Assembly: GCA_903847095.1 (NCBI GenBank)
Contig: CAINCQ010000041.1
Coordinates: 8,292 to 72,291, forward strand
Reading direction: 5' to 3'
Length of the DNA stretch: 64,000 nucleotides
DNA from: an uncultured bacterium
GTDB taxonomy: Bacteria > Patescibacteriota > Minisyncoccia > Minisyncoccales > UBA5738
Shown: positions 45,602 to 55,027 of the stretch, one piece after another
Layout: every line of letters starts with the position of its first letter
Position numbering within the stretch: position 1 is the stretch's first letter
Translations under genes and position numbers: made by a program
The notes under the pieces: generated by a model
The model's input: the letters and a program-made list of their open reading frames with translations, nothing else
The model's database searches: none
What the model was told of the DNA's origin: nothing

Positions 45602-46966
45602 TTAGGTCCATTTATCCGCAATCCTTTCCGCTTTCAGACGCGCGCGTTTGAGGTCGAGCATTTTTCCCGATTTATAGACTAAATAATTTTTTTTTCCGGT
45701 GTCGACCCATTCTTCGAGCCGGATCAGTTGGGCGCGGAACGCCCAAACGATCAACAAGGAAAGTCCGGCCGGAATAACAAACGAATCGGTAAACGGATTA
45801 TCGCCAAAACCGGTTTTGGCGGTGGTGAGGACTTTGGTCTGGCCGTTAGAGACAATGATTTCGGCTGACCCTTCACTTGAGCAGCTGTTGTCGGAGCATT
45901 TGGCCTTAGCGGTGTTGGTAAGCCGGGTGCGGCCGCCAGGAAAGCGGTCGGAAGCCAGGATTTTGGCGGAATAAGTAAGGGACAAGGCGCTGCCTTCATA
46001 GATGTTTCCCAGCCCGATTCCCTGTTTTAAGTCGCCCGATAATGGTTCCCCGTCAACGGCCAGGTTTTGGATGTTATCGATTCCTTCGGGCGGGATATCG
46101 GTTAACAGTACGTCCTGTAAGTCGCCGCTTAAAGCTTTCACGGTAATCTTGAACGATATTTCATCGCCCGGATCGGCCGGAACCGAATTCATAAAGCCCG
46201 TTCCGCTTCTAAGGTTGCTTACAAGTTTTTCAACCGCTACTTTGCTCTCGTTGTTATTGTCGCAACTTTTAACGCTGATTGTCGCACTTTTTTTAATGTC
46301 TACCGAGTGACCGCTTACTATTCTGACATAGGCGGTGTAGGTGCCGCTTTCAGGGTAGGCGCAGAGGCTTTTTGCCGTATAGCTGAAATCTTTTGTAGTA
46401 ACGGTCTTGTTCGGGTCAACGTTGTTGTTGCAATAGAAATAATAAGTGTAGTCCTGGCTTAGATTATCTTGCGGATTGATTTTGGCCGACAGGCTTACGT
46501 TTTCCAAGGGCGTGCATCCATTATTCGGATCGGCCGAGAAAGCCGCTTGGTCGGTCCCGTCAATCTTCTTTTCGGGATTGGTTTTAACGAGAATATTGAC
46601 CGTATCGGTATTGGAGCCGCAGCGGTTTTCCGCTTTCAAAGTGCAGACATAATAGGTGTCCTGGCTGACTTCAGGCGCCGTGAATTCGGCCTCGTTAGAG
46701 GTTGCGTTTTCCACCTGGCCGCCGTTGCAGGTCCAAGTGTAAGTTAGTTTGTCGGAGCCCGTTGCCGATCCGGTAAGGGTTGCCGATCCGGACTCAAAGA
46801 CAGATAGGTCGCTGCCGGCGTTAGCCCGGGGTTCGTCGTTGGAAGTGCAGTCAGCGGCATAAACCGGAGTGCTCGCGAAAAACAAAGCAAAAGCGGCGAC
46901 GAAACCCCGTACCAGGATTACCGCGATCTTCCCGGAAAAATCTAGTTTACCGTTTATTGTCTTCAT
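45602..46966 (-). CDS. Cell-surface protein with PKD-like and DUF11/CARDB-like Ig-fold domains and a C-terminal TM anchor
   Basis: Signal peptide (…ASTPVYA|AD), a PKD-like unit (ANAGSD..V..G....L.GS…YTWTC…), a DUF11-like unit (PGDEISFKITVKA…LTNTAKA), then a TM helix and a basic tail. Confidence 0.55.
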   Translation of the reverse strand: MKTINGKLDFSGKIAVILVRGFVAAFALFFASTPVYAADCTSNDEPRANAGSDLSVFESGSATLTGSATGSDKLTYTWTCNGGQVENATSNEAEFTAPEVSQDTYYVCTLKAENRCGSNTDTVNILVKTNPEKKIDGTDQAAFSADPNNGCTPLENVSLSAKINPQDNLSQDYTYYFYCNNNVDPNKTVTTKDFSYTAKSLCAYPESGTYTAYVRIVSGHSVDIKKSATISVKSCDNNNESKVAVEKLVSNLRSGTGFMNSVPADPGDEISFKITVKALSGDLQDVLLTDIPPEGIDNIQNLAVDGEPLSGDLKQGIGLGNIYEGSALSLTYSAKILASDRFPGGRTRLTNTAKAKCSDNSCSSEGSAEIIVSNGQTKVLTTAKTGFGDNPFTDSFVIPAGLSLLIVWAFRAQLIRLEEWVDTGKKNYLVYKSGKMLDLKRARLKAERIADKWT

Positions 46967-48102
46967 TTACTATGATAATATTTTTTAGCCTTGAGTTCAT
47001 CGGGTAAAAGATTACTTTTTGTATACATTTCATAACCTTGATGATAGCCCAAGTCTTTCATTAATTTCGTGGGGGCGTTGCGTAATTCCAGCGGAATAGG
47101 CAGGTTGCCCAATTCTTTGGCGTCAGCCAGGGCCGCAAGATAAGCGTCATACGCACTGCGGTTTTTTTGAGCCAGGCTTAAATAAGTAGCGCCGTGCGCG
47201 AGATTGATTCCCGCTTCCGGCATCCCGATAGTTTCAACGGCCCGGAAAACATTATTGGCCAAATTCAAAGCCGACGGATCGGCCAAACCGATATCTTCGG
47301 AAGCAAAAACGACCATCCGCCGGGCAATAAATTTTGGATCTTCACCGGAAGCGATCATTCTCGCCAGATAATACAAAGCGGCGTCGGGCTGGTTGGCGCG
47401 CATGCTCTTAATGAACGCACTGATCGTATTGAAATGTTCCTCACCCTTCTTGTCAAACCTCAGGAACCGGTTTTGAACCGTATCTTTCAGCGATTCCAGG
47501 GTTATTTCACCGTATAGTTGCATTGCGTTCTCCAGGACGGTTATCGCTTGGCGGGCATCGCCGTCGGCCATGCCAATCAGCCATTCTTTGGCGGGCGAGT
47601 CGATTTTGATCCCGGTGCGATCCAGGATCTTAGCCATTTCTTCTTTGGAAAGGCTGGCCAAGGTAAAAACCCGACAGCGGCTTAACAATGGCGAGATGAT
47701 TTCAAAGCTTGGATTTTCCGTGGTTGCTCCGACCAGGACGATTTCGCCGCGCTCGACGTAAGGAAGCAGAAAATCTTGTTGGGCCTTGTTGAAGCGGTGG
47801 ATCTCGTCCAAAAAAAGGACTTTGGTTTTGGCAAACAGACCGCCTTGAGCGGCGACGATCTTTTTTATATCATCCTTGCCGGCCGAGACCGCCGATAGAT
47901 TGTAAAGGTCCGCGCCTAAAGAGCCCGCGTAGATCTTGGCGAGCGTGGTCTTGCCTACTCCGGGCGGACCCCAGAGGATGAACGAAAAAATATGTTTTTT
48001 TTCGATCGCGGTTCGCAAGGGTTTCCCGGGGCCGACCAGGTGCGTTTGGCCCACAAATTCCTCAAGATTCTTGGGCCGTATTTTTGAGGCCAGCGGTTCC
48101 AT
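46963..48102 (-). CDS. rarA: Replication-associated recombination protein A (AAA+ ATPase)
   Basis: PLA.K.RP..L.EFVGQ.HL.G.GK.LR, Walker A GPPGVGKTT, Walker B LFLDEIHRFNK.QQD and the MgsA C-terminal domain (ALYYLARM…GEDP.FI.RR). Confidence 0.9.
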   Translation of the reverse strand: MEPLASKIRPKNLEEFVGQTHLVGPGKPLRTAIEKKHIFSFILWGPPGVGKTTLAKIYAGSLGADLYNLSAVSAGKDDIKKIVAAQGGLFAKTKVLFLDEIHRFNKAQQDFLLPYVERGEIVLVGATTENPSFEIISPLLSRCRVFTLASLSKEEMAKILDRTGIKIDSPAKEWLIGMADGDARQAITVLENAMQLYGEITLESLKDTVQNRFLRFDKKGEEHFNTISAFIKSMRANQPDAALYYLARMIASGEDPKFIARRMVVFASEDIGLADPSALNLANNVFRAVETIGMPEAGINLAHGATYLSLAQKNRSAYDAYLAALADAKELGNLPIPLELRNAPTKLMKDLGYHQGYEMYTKSNLLPDELKAKKYYHSK

Positions 48103-48116
48103 ATGTTTTGCCTATC

Positions 48117-48602
48117 CTAGCAAAAAGGGAAAATTTTGGAAATGCTGGTAAAAAAAGAAATCCGCAGTTTTCTGCGGATTCTGGGGCTTTCTTCAAGATC
48201 GTGGATAAGCCAAAATATTCCCCCGATGTTCAACATCATCAGCCCGAAGGCGATATAAGCGAACCCAAATACTTGGAAAAGCGTTCTGGCGCCTATCGGA
48301 CAAAAGATCGCGTTGATACCCATTACCGCCAGCAGTATTGCCGGCACAAGCAATAAGGGTTGGGGTTTTTCGTTTTCTTTTCCTCCGGCCAAAAAACCGA
48401 AATAAAAGGCTCCCAAGATACAGCCGGCGCTCATTATCCACGCGGCTATCTGATAAGTCGATATCGCCACATACGTTCCGATGACAAGAGATTGGCTTGA
48501 TATCAGAATCGTCTCGGTGTTCCCCGAATGAGACACAAGCAATACCGTGCTGTAGATAAAGCCTACAAAGTTGGCAATAAGCCATAGATCCCTCAATTTC
48601 AT
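48117..48602 (-). CDS. Hypothetical membrane protein
   Basis: Five hydrophobic helices. Start taken at the internal ATG (MKLRDLW). Confidence 0.45.
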   Translation of the reverse strand: MKLRDLWLIANFVGFIYSTVLLVSHSGNTETILISSQSLVIGTYVAISTYQIAAWIMSAGCILGAFYFGFLAGGKENEKPQPLLLVPAILLAVMGINAIFCPIGARTLFQVFGFAYIAFGLMMLNIGGIFWLIHDLEESPRIRRKLRISFFTSISKIFPFC

Positions 48603-48660
48603 ACGTTCCACCAACATTATTATACAGTCAATCCTCTATTTGTCAATCATTAAATATATA

Positions 48661-49857
48661 TCAGTTGGTTTGGCGGCCGGAACCGGATTGCAGGAGTGCC
48701 AGCTGTTTCTGAAGCGCGGCGATCTGCGCTTTCAGTTGCGAAATCAATGTTTTCAATTCTTCGATGGACAACCCGGCGTTTCCCGGTGAGGATGTTTTTG
48801 AAGCGTTTATATGAGCCGTCAAAACCGCGGCAAAATCGTTATCCTTGGGTATCTGGCAGGTGCCACTGGCCGGCGAGATTCCCGCGAGGGTCTGGTATTC
48901 GATCAGAGCGGACTGCGTTAATTTTCCGAAATAGCCGGTCGGGCCGGTGCAGGCCAACGCGCGCGCCGCCGATCCTTTGTTTTGGTTAATCAAAAAGGTT
49001 TGCAACGCCGCCACGCCGGCGTTTTGCGCTCCAAACGACAATGTGTTTCCGGAAACTTCGGTTCCGTTTTTACCGGTCTCTAATCTAGCCGAAAGAACGG
49101 CTGGAAGTTCAATGCCGCTATTTTGAGCCGCGTAAAGCTCGGCGGCGTAATTATCCGCCAGAAAAGCGGCCAGAATATTTTCGTTTTTAGATTCTTTGAG
49201 TATTTTTGAAACAAAGGATATTTTTTCTTGAAAATTAAAATCCGACAACAAGCGCGGATATGGATCGGTCGCGCCATTTTTCCTGATCTCAAAGTGCAGA
49301 TGAGCGGCTCCGCCGGCCGCGTTGCCGGTATTGCCCGCGAAACCGATCAGATCGCCGGGGTCCAAAATGTCGCCGGATTTTATGCCGGCAATGGAATCAA
49401 GGTGCATGTAAACGAATGTTTCTCCGCCCGGATTGGCGGTTGAAACGGTGTTTCCCGAACTCAAGCCGGTTCCCACGCTTAAAACCACCGCTTTTGTCGG
49501 TGAAACGACCGGGGCTCCTTTGGGTGCGGCGATATCCAATCCTTCATGTGTCCGGCTGTTGCTCCGCGCGTCCCCGAAGTTTGGTATAAGGTTCATCCGG
49601 TAAACCCCAAAAAGCACGGGGATCTTTACGGTTTCCGCGGGTTTACCGCCGAGCTGCCCGATGGTTTTTTTCAGGGAGGCGGACGAGAATGGCGATTCGA
49701 GAATCTCAAGAGCTTCCAGGCCGTTCCACTGACCGTAGGTTTCCATTGAGATGGCGGTTTCCGCCGTTGAGGTTGCCGATTCGGCCCGGATGGGCGATGT
49801 CGATGGCAATACGAGCATAATCGAGCAGATCAACCCCAAAAATACGAATTTTTTCAT
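48661..49857 (-). CDS. M23 (LytM-type) peptidoglycan endopeptidase with PG-binding-like and coiled-coil C-terminus
   Basis: HEGLDIAAP.GAPV, GNTGN..G.HLHFEI M23 motifs. The C-terminal GYFG..T..A...YQ resembles PG_binding_1. Start moved to MKKFVFLGL (signal peptide). Confidence 0.8.
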   Translation of the reverse strand: MKKFVFLGLICSIMLVLPSTSPIRAESATSTAETAISMETYGQWNGLEALEILESPFSSASLKKTIGQLGGKPAETVKIPVLFGVYRMNLIPNFGDARSNSRTHEGLDIAAPKGAPVVSPTKAVVLSVGTGLSSGNTVSTANPGGETFVYMHLDSIAGIKSGDILDPGDLIGFAGNTGNAAGGAAHLHFEIRKNGATDPYPRLLSDFNFQEKISFVSKILKESKNENILAAFLADNYAAELYAAQNSGIELPAVLSARLETGKNGTEVSGNTLSFGAQNAGVAALQTFLINQNKGSAARALACTGPTGYFGKLTQSALIEYQTLAGISPASGTCQIPKDNDFAAVLTAHINASKTSSPGNAGLSIEELKTLISQLKAQIAALQKQLALLQSGSGRQTN

Positions 49858-49967
49858 TGCTTTTTTATTGTAGCATATTCGGTACGATGTTTTGAACAAA
49901 AAAAAGACGTTTAGCGTCTTTTTGGTGTTTTCAAGTTGGGGGCGGTTAAACAACTTTTTGGCGAAAG

Positions 49968-50174
49968 CTATTGCCGGATCGGTTTAAGCGATGCCATTTT
50001 TTTCTCCCATCGATAGCGTAAATAAGAGCAATCGAACAAAATCAGGAAGATCAAGCCGGCGATCAAGGCCGTAGCCACGTTGAGGTTGACGATCGACAGA
50101 CTGTACAGGCATAGCACTATTAATAATCCCCACGTTGAGCGAAGTGCCAGTTTATATTCATAGTAATCTTGCAT
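49968..50174 (-). CDS. Small 2-TM membrane protein (68 aa)
   Basis: GGAGGA RBS 8 nt upstream of the ATG at 50174; two hydrophobic helices. Confidence 0.45.
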   Translation of the reverse strand: MQDYYEYKLALRSTWGLLIVLCLYSLSIVNLNVATALIAGLIFLILFDCSYLRYRWEKKMASLKPIRQ

Positions 50175-50302
50175 GTGTTTTTCCTCCAACCGTTTTAAAG
50201 AGCTTTTACTAACTTGTAATATTTTTTTATATTTTTTTCAAGTTATTTCCGGTTAAGGTTATAAAAAAATCCTTAAGTTGATTAAGGATTATTGGTTTGC
50301 GA

Positions 50303-50956
50303 TCAGCTCAGGGCTTGAATCGACAGGCGGGATTGATACCGGTTTTCCAGGTACCAGTCCACTTTATTCCAATCGATCGTGGAGTTCGCGACCGCTCCCC
50401 CTTTCAGGTACTGGTAGTCGTAGGCGGTATTGATGGTCGGGTATCGGTGCTTAAGCGTCGCTATTAGCTGGGCCATTTTTTGGAGCTGGATTTCATTGGG
50501 ACCAGGCAGAACGGGTTTACCCGTCTGGTTGGATAGTTTCCTAGCCACGGTCTCGTTTAGGGCGATAACCCTGATGCCAAGCGTATCCGCGTTATGTCCG
50601 CGCGCATGCCAGACATTATCGCCGTCATCGGCCAATTGCCAGATCACGCCATCCCGGAGGATCACATAATTCACGAGGACACTGGCATCGTGAAGCTCTT
50701 TTACGGCATAGAACGGGTTGTAAAGGTCGCACGTACTTAAATTGCCCTGGTCGCATCCGGCTATATTGAACAGATAATAAGCTTCGATGCCAGTAAGGTT
50801 CGCGGTTTGATTTGCGCTATAGTGTCCCCACTGAGCGTATATGGCTACTATGTCGCTGTCGTTTATTAGGCTTACGTTGCACATACATTCTGTCGCGCCG
50901 GCCGGAAAAAATAGAAATAAAATTGCCGGCAATACAGCCAATATCATTTTACTCAC
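50303..50956 (-). CDS. Putative N-acetylmuramoyl-L-alanine amidase (Amidase_2/PGRP-like)
   Basis: Signal peptide, then Y..I..DG.I.QL......WHA.GHNA.TLGI resembling the amidase_2 zinc-site block. GTG start with a GAGGTGA RBS. Confidence 0.5.
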   Translation of the reverse strand: MSKMILAVLPAILFLFFPAGATECMCNVSLINDSDIVAIYAQWGHYSANQTANLTGIEAYYLFNIAGCDQGNLSTCDLYNPFYAVKELHDASVLVNYVILRDGVIWQLADDGDNVWHARGHNADTLGIRVIALNETVARKLSNQTGKPVLPGPNEIQLQKMAQLIATLKHRYPTINTAYDYQYLKGGAVANSTIDWNKVDWYLENRYQSRLSIQALS

Positions 50957-51102
50957 GTCTATTTCACCTCATTGTGCCAAATTGACAAATGGCTGTTGCT
51001 ATTATATTCGATTACTTTAGGCTGTCAATAATATTGATAGCGAATTCGAAGAAAATAAAAGCCCCGCTTTCGAAATGCGGGGCGTTTTTGGCAAGCTACA
51101 AT

Positions 51103-51495
51103 CTAATATAGGTCTATGCTATCCATGCCGAACCAGAAACATTTAGCCAGTCCCTTGGAGAAAAGCAGCCAGTCGATTTTTTGCGCCAAAAGATCATTCA
51201 ATTTTTCGGCGTATTCCCGCTGGTCCGCATAGGACCTAAAAAGAAAACCTACTATTCCTCCTGGTTGAACCTGCATCACAATGAGCTTATCGTTAGAGTG
51301 CAATATCGAACCTAGCCGAAGTTCCGCGATATAATGGGGGTCACTAACTATCACATCGACCACATGGTCCATAAGTTCTTCGACCGGATACTGAATCAAT
51401 AATTTTTTTGATTCGCCAGCCACGACCTCGTCGTATAGCACAATGATCTGCGCCAACAGGCTCGGGGTCAGGCTCATTAGGCTGATACCAATCAC
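51103..51495 (-). CDS. Hypothetical protein (130 aa)
   Basis: GTG start with a GAGGAGGA RBS at 7 nt spacing. No recognisable motif. Confidence 0.5.
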   Translation of the reverse strand: MIGISLMSLTPSLLAQIIVLYDEVVAGESKKLLIQYPVEELMDHVVDVIVSDPHYIAELRLGSILHSNDKLIVMQVQPGGIVGFLFRSYADQREYAEKLNDLLAQKIDWLLFSKGLAKCFWFGMDSIDLY

Positions 51496-51580
51496 TTTTT
51501 AATCCTCCTCGATACCTGATATTATCTTGCATCTAAAAAAGAAGAAATGTCAATTATCGGTAATCTTGGTTAAGCCTTGA

Positions 51581-51832
51581 TCACTTCGTTTCGGGACAAC
51601 CAACCAGTCTTAATTTTTTTTCCCGGCTCCAGCTTTTGATCTCCGCTTCCCTTTTTGACGCTTCCGACCTGGTTTTAAACCGTTCGGTATGAACGATCGA
51701 TTCCGCCTTGCGTGATGCGGTGTAATGCCCTCCCTTTTTATTTTTATGTTCGTTAAACCTCCGTTCCACGTCAGTGGTGATTCCGGTATAGACGCTGTTA
51801 TCGGAACATCGCAACAGATAGACGAAGTACAT
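51581..51832 (-). CDS. GIY-YIG nuclease-domain protein (UPF0213/YhbQ-like)
   Basis: MYFVYLLRC.D.S.YTGIT.D.ERR..EH is the GIY-(x10)-YTG motif plus the conserved R and E. The ATG overlaps the upstream stop (TAATG). Confidence 0.8.
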   Translation of the reverse strand: MYFVYLLRCSDNSVYTGITTDVERRFNEHKNKKGGHYTASRKAESIVHTERFKTRSEASKREAEIKSWSREKKLRLVGCPETK

Positions 51833-52401
51833 TATATTATTCCCCGCCGTTTCATTTCCCAAAAACACTTGGCGGTTATTTTGATATCCGCCGCGGCGTT
51901 GTGCGCTTCGGCAAAGTCGCATTTGAAAAGCTCGTGATGCAGTTCCGAGAGCTTTGGCCATTTATATCCGTATGGGCTTTCGATCGCACAATATTCGGTA
52001 CCGGACCTCATCGTGCAAATCATTTTTTTTCCATCCAGGTGATTTTTCATTCCGTTGCGTAAAAATTCCGCGCCGACGATTTTTTCATCGAAACCGACAT
52101 TATGACCCACTAAAAATTCAGCGCCCGCGATCACCTCTTCGAATTCCTTCAGTATGACGCGCAACGATCCACCCTCCTTAATTGCTCTTTGAGTCGTGAT
52201 CCCGTGGACTTGAGCCGCCACATCGGGAATTTCGAATCCGACCGGTTTAATAATGTAATTTCTGCTCAATATTTCTTTGCCATTGTTATCGTGAAGGATC
52301 CAAGCCGCTTGGATCATCCGCGGCCAGTTGCCTACATCCTCAACTGGCGCTCTCCAGCTTAAGGGCAGTCCCGTAGTTTCGGTATCGAAGAATAAATACA
52401 T
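51832..52401 (-). CDS. DEDDh 3'-5' exonuclease (DnaQ/epsilon-like)
   Basis: Exo I FDTETTG, Exo II GHNVGFD, Exo III H.AAADI. Confidence 0.8.
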   Translation of the reverse strand: MYLFFDTETTGLPLSWRAPVEDVGNWPRMIQAAWILHDNNGKEILSRNYIIKPVGFEIPDVAAQVHGITTQRAIKEGGSLRVILKEFEEVIAGAEFLVGHNVGFDEKIVGAEFLRNGMKNHLDGKKMICTMRSGTEYCAIESPYGYKWPKLSELHHELFKCDFAEAHNAAADIKITAKCFWEMKRRGII

Positions 52402-52521
52402 AATAATTTTTTTGCCTACGCGATTATTTTATACCGTCTGGACCGAACAAACAACCCTTACTCAAATCGGCCTGAGCAGAACTCTTGCCGGTGGGCGTGG
52501 CTAAAAACATCGGTGAACCAT

Positions 52522-53370
52522 TTAACTTAATAGAATAATCCCAATCGCGGCAATCGCGGCAGCAAAAAGCTTTTTTGGCAGATTATTTTTTTCATCAAGG
52601 AAAACCGCGGCCAGTATTACCGTTAAAATAATCGATGTTTCGAGGGTCGGGCTTACCTGTGAGGCGTTTCCTCCCGAGGACAGTGCGTAATAATCGGAAA
52701 GGGTGGCAATTGAATAGACTGCGCACAAAAGAAGCATTTTCATAAATAAACCTTTCTGCCACATTGGTTTTAATTCCAGCAATAGCCTTGGTCTGATGAT
52801 TAAAAATGGCAGGGCCGGCAATAAGAACGCCAATACCGCGTAAGAAATAGTATCGACGGACCGCAATATATAGGCGTCATTGGCGAACGCGGTTCCCCAG
52901 AAAAAAGCAGCAGCCAGCGCGTAAAAAGTTCCTTTGTTTATCCCTCTTAATTCCTTGGTTGCGGAAACCAGGATGACCGAGAAAAAAATCAGAATAGCGC
53001 CGATGGCTTTGGCTGCACTAAAGGTCTCTCCCAGAAAGAGCAAAGCAAAAATGATCGTATAAAGCACGCGAGTGGAAAATATTATGGTAACTTCGGCCGC
53101 GGGCGCGGATTGGAACGCCTTGAACAAAAACCAGGTACCGGCGGCGTAAAAGCCTGTCATCAACGAATAATTCAGCCAAAGATCACCGATTGGTGGCATC
53201 GTAAAACCATGAAAAAAAGCGAAAATCCCGATTAATATCGAGCAATATAACTGAAAAACGAACGAAAAAGCGAAGGCGTCGCTTTTATCACCCTTTAGCA
53301 ATGCCCTTTCCAATATATTGGATATTGCTATACCGATGACTCCGATAATCGCGAAAAACAACCAATTCAT
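52522..53370 (-). CDS. EamA/DMT-family transporter
   Basis: 282 aa with 10 TM helices in two EamA-like halves. Confidence 0.7.
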   Translation of the reverse strand: MNWLFFAIIGVIGIAISNILERALLKGDKSDAFAFSFVFQLYCSILIGIFAFFHGFTMPPIGDLWLNYSLMTGFYAAGTWFLFKAFQSAPAAEVTIIFSTRVLYTIIFALLFLGETFSAAKAIGAILIFFSVILVSATKELRGINKGTFYALAAAFFWGTAFANDAYILRSVDTISYAVLAFLLPALPFLIIRPRLLLELKPMWQKGLFMKMLLLCAVYSIATLSDYYALSSGGNASQVSPTLETSIILTVILAAVFLDEKNNLPKKLFAAAIAAIGIILLS

Positions 53371-53484
53371 AAGATTAAGTAATTAATAATTGTATCATTT
53401 TAAAAGCCGGATAAACAATTAACATAAACGATGATTCAAGGGATTTTTCATCAATATTTAATCTTGTCGGCCAAAAAAGACGAC

Positions 53485-53507
53485 AAAAAAACGGGGTTTC
53501 CCCCGTT
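53485..53507 (-). terminator. Intrinsic terminator
   Basis: On the minus strand, AACGGGG-GAAA-CCCCGTT followed by T7, downstream of the helicase stop. Confidence 0.75.
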
Positions 53508-53522
53508 TTGTTGCGATCAAGT

Positions 53523-54740
53523 TTATTCGATAAAAGTTAGCGCTTTGCCGAATTTGTTATTCCGGCCGGTGCGCCCGATGCGATGGATGTAGTCATCGTA
53601 AGTTTCGGGAAGGTCGTAGTTGATCACATGGGTAATGTCGGCAATATCCAAGCCGCGGGCCGCGACATCGGTCGCGACCAAAATGTTGACGGAATTTTGT
53701 TTAAACATTTCCAAGGCTCTCTGTCTTTTGGAGAAATTCTTGTTTCCGTGGATCGATTCGGCCTTGAATCCCCTTTTGACCAAGGTTTCATAAAGATGTT
53801 CCACCCCGTATTTCGTCCGTCCGAAAATCAAAACTTTGGCGAATTCCTCCTTTCTGAGGAGATTATGCAGTGTTTCGATCTTGCTTTTCCCGCTGGCCAC
53901 CTTAACCACGTCCTGTTCGACGTTTCTTGACGTATCGCGGGTTTTAATAGCGATCTTTACGGGTTCGCGTAAAAATTCCCCGATCAGAGAATCGATCCTT
54001 GGCGACATAGTGGCCGAGAATAGAAGCGTTTGCCGGTCTTGCGGCATTCTGGCCATCAAAAAGCGCATATCCTCGACGAATCCCATATCAAGCATCCGGT
54101 CGGCTTCGTCCAACACAATAGTCTTGAATTTTGAAAGATTGATCCGGTTTCGTTCAATGAGGTCTTTAAGCCTTCCGGGCGTGCCGACAATAAAGCTATT
54201 CTCGAAACCCAACTCGTACAACTGGCGGGAATAGCTGGTGCCTCCAACACAACATGCGGAAAAAATATGCAATCCTTTGGCGAATTCCTTGAGTTCCTTA
54301 TTGATCTGGTCGGCCAATTCCCGTGTCGGAGTAACGATTAAAACTTTATTTAATTTGCTGGCAAGCGCTTTATTGATAAGCGGTATCAGAAACGCGGCGG
54401 TTTTGCCCGTTCCTGTGTCGGCGATACCGACGACATCGGCTCCTTTAAGAACCGGGGGGATCGCCAGTACTTGGATCGGAGTGGCGGTGAAGTATCCCCG
54501 GCTTTCTATCCGGTGTTTTAATTGTTTATCGAGCGCGAAATCCTGGAATTTGCAATCGGTTGTAAGGTTCTTCTCTTTTTGATCCATTACCGCCTTGTTC
54601 ACGAATCTCGCGGGATCGATCTTAACGCCACGGCCTCTTTTGGGACTGGCAAAAGACCGGCTTTTCTGGCTCCGGCTCGGCCGCGCCGAATAGGTCGGTT
54701 TAAAATAACTTTTTTTCTTCGTCATAAAATATGCTTCCAT
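53523..54740 (-). CDS. DEAD-box ATP-dependent RNA helicase
   Basis: Q motif (F.DF.L....I...GY...TPIQ), motif I TGTGKT, PTRELA, DEAD, SAT, and HRIGRTGR. Confidence 0.9.
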   Translation of the reverse strand: MEAYFMTKKKSYFKPTYSARPSRSQKSRSFASPKRGRGVKIDPARFVNKAVMDQKEKNLTTDCKFQDFALDKQLKHRIESRGYFTATPIQVLAIPPVLKGADVVGIADTGTGKTAAFLIPLINKALASKLNKVLIVTPTRELADQINKELKEFAKGLHIFSACCVGGTSYSRQLYELGFENSFIVGTPGRLKDLIERNRINLSKFKTIVLDEADRMLDMGFVEDMRFLMARMPQDRQTLLFSATMSPRIDSLIGEFLREPVKIAIKTRDTSRNVEQDVVKVASGKSKIETLHNLLRKEEFAKVLIFGRTKYGVEHLYETLVKRGFKAESIHGNKNFSKRQRALEMFKQNSVNILVATDVAARGLDIADITHVINYDLPETYDDYIHRIGRTGRNNKFGKALTFIE

Positions 54741-54921
54741 AGAATTTGTCCATAACTTCCAGCCCCTTATGCTTTAAGTTTTTTTGAAAACAATTAAAAA
54801 GCCGGCCAGTACAAGATCGCCAGTTAATTTCTTTAGATAAAAGGCCTTGTTTACCGGCCTCAAGCAAGCGCGAGCGCGCTTGCCAAACATCGAAAAACCA
54901 ACGAGATTTAAGTTATCCTTA

Positions 54922-54950
54922 ATAATACACCAAAGCGTTATTTTTGTCAA
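54922..54950 (-). promoter_or_regulatory. Consensus-like promoter of the DEAD-box helicase gene
   Basis: TTGACA (54945-54950), 17 nt spacer, TATTAT (54922-54927). Implies a 5' UTR of about 175 nt. Confidence 0.5.
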
Positions 54951-54985
54951 GGATAGGGCCTTTGGGGTTTGGTTTTGATGATCGA

Positions 54986-55021
54986 AAAACAAAAAAAGAA
55001 AAGTGCTTTTTGAGCACTTTT
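54986..55021 (-). terminator. Intrinsic terminator
   Basis: On the minus strand, AAGTGCT-CAAAA-AGCACTT followed by a long T-rich run, directly after the stop at 55028. Confidence 0.7.
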
Positions 55022-55027
55022 GCGCGA

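Noticed and set aside
45602-46966. Ig-fold or C-terminally variable surface proteins raised the possibility of a diversity-generating retroelement, which is common in CPR-like genomes.
   Set aside because: No reverse transcriptase ORF is present, and no template/variable repeat pair was visible in the window.
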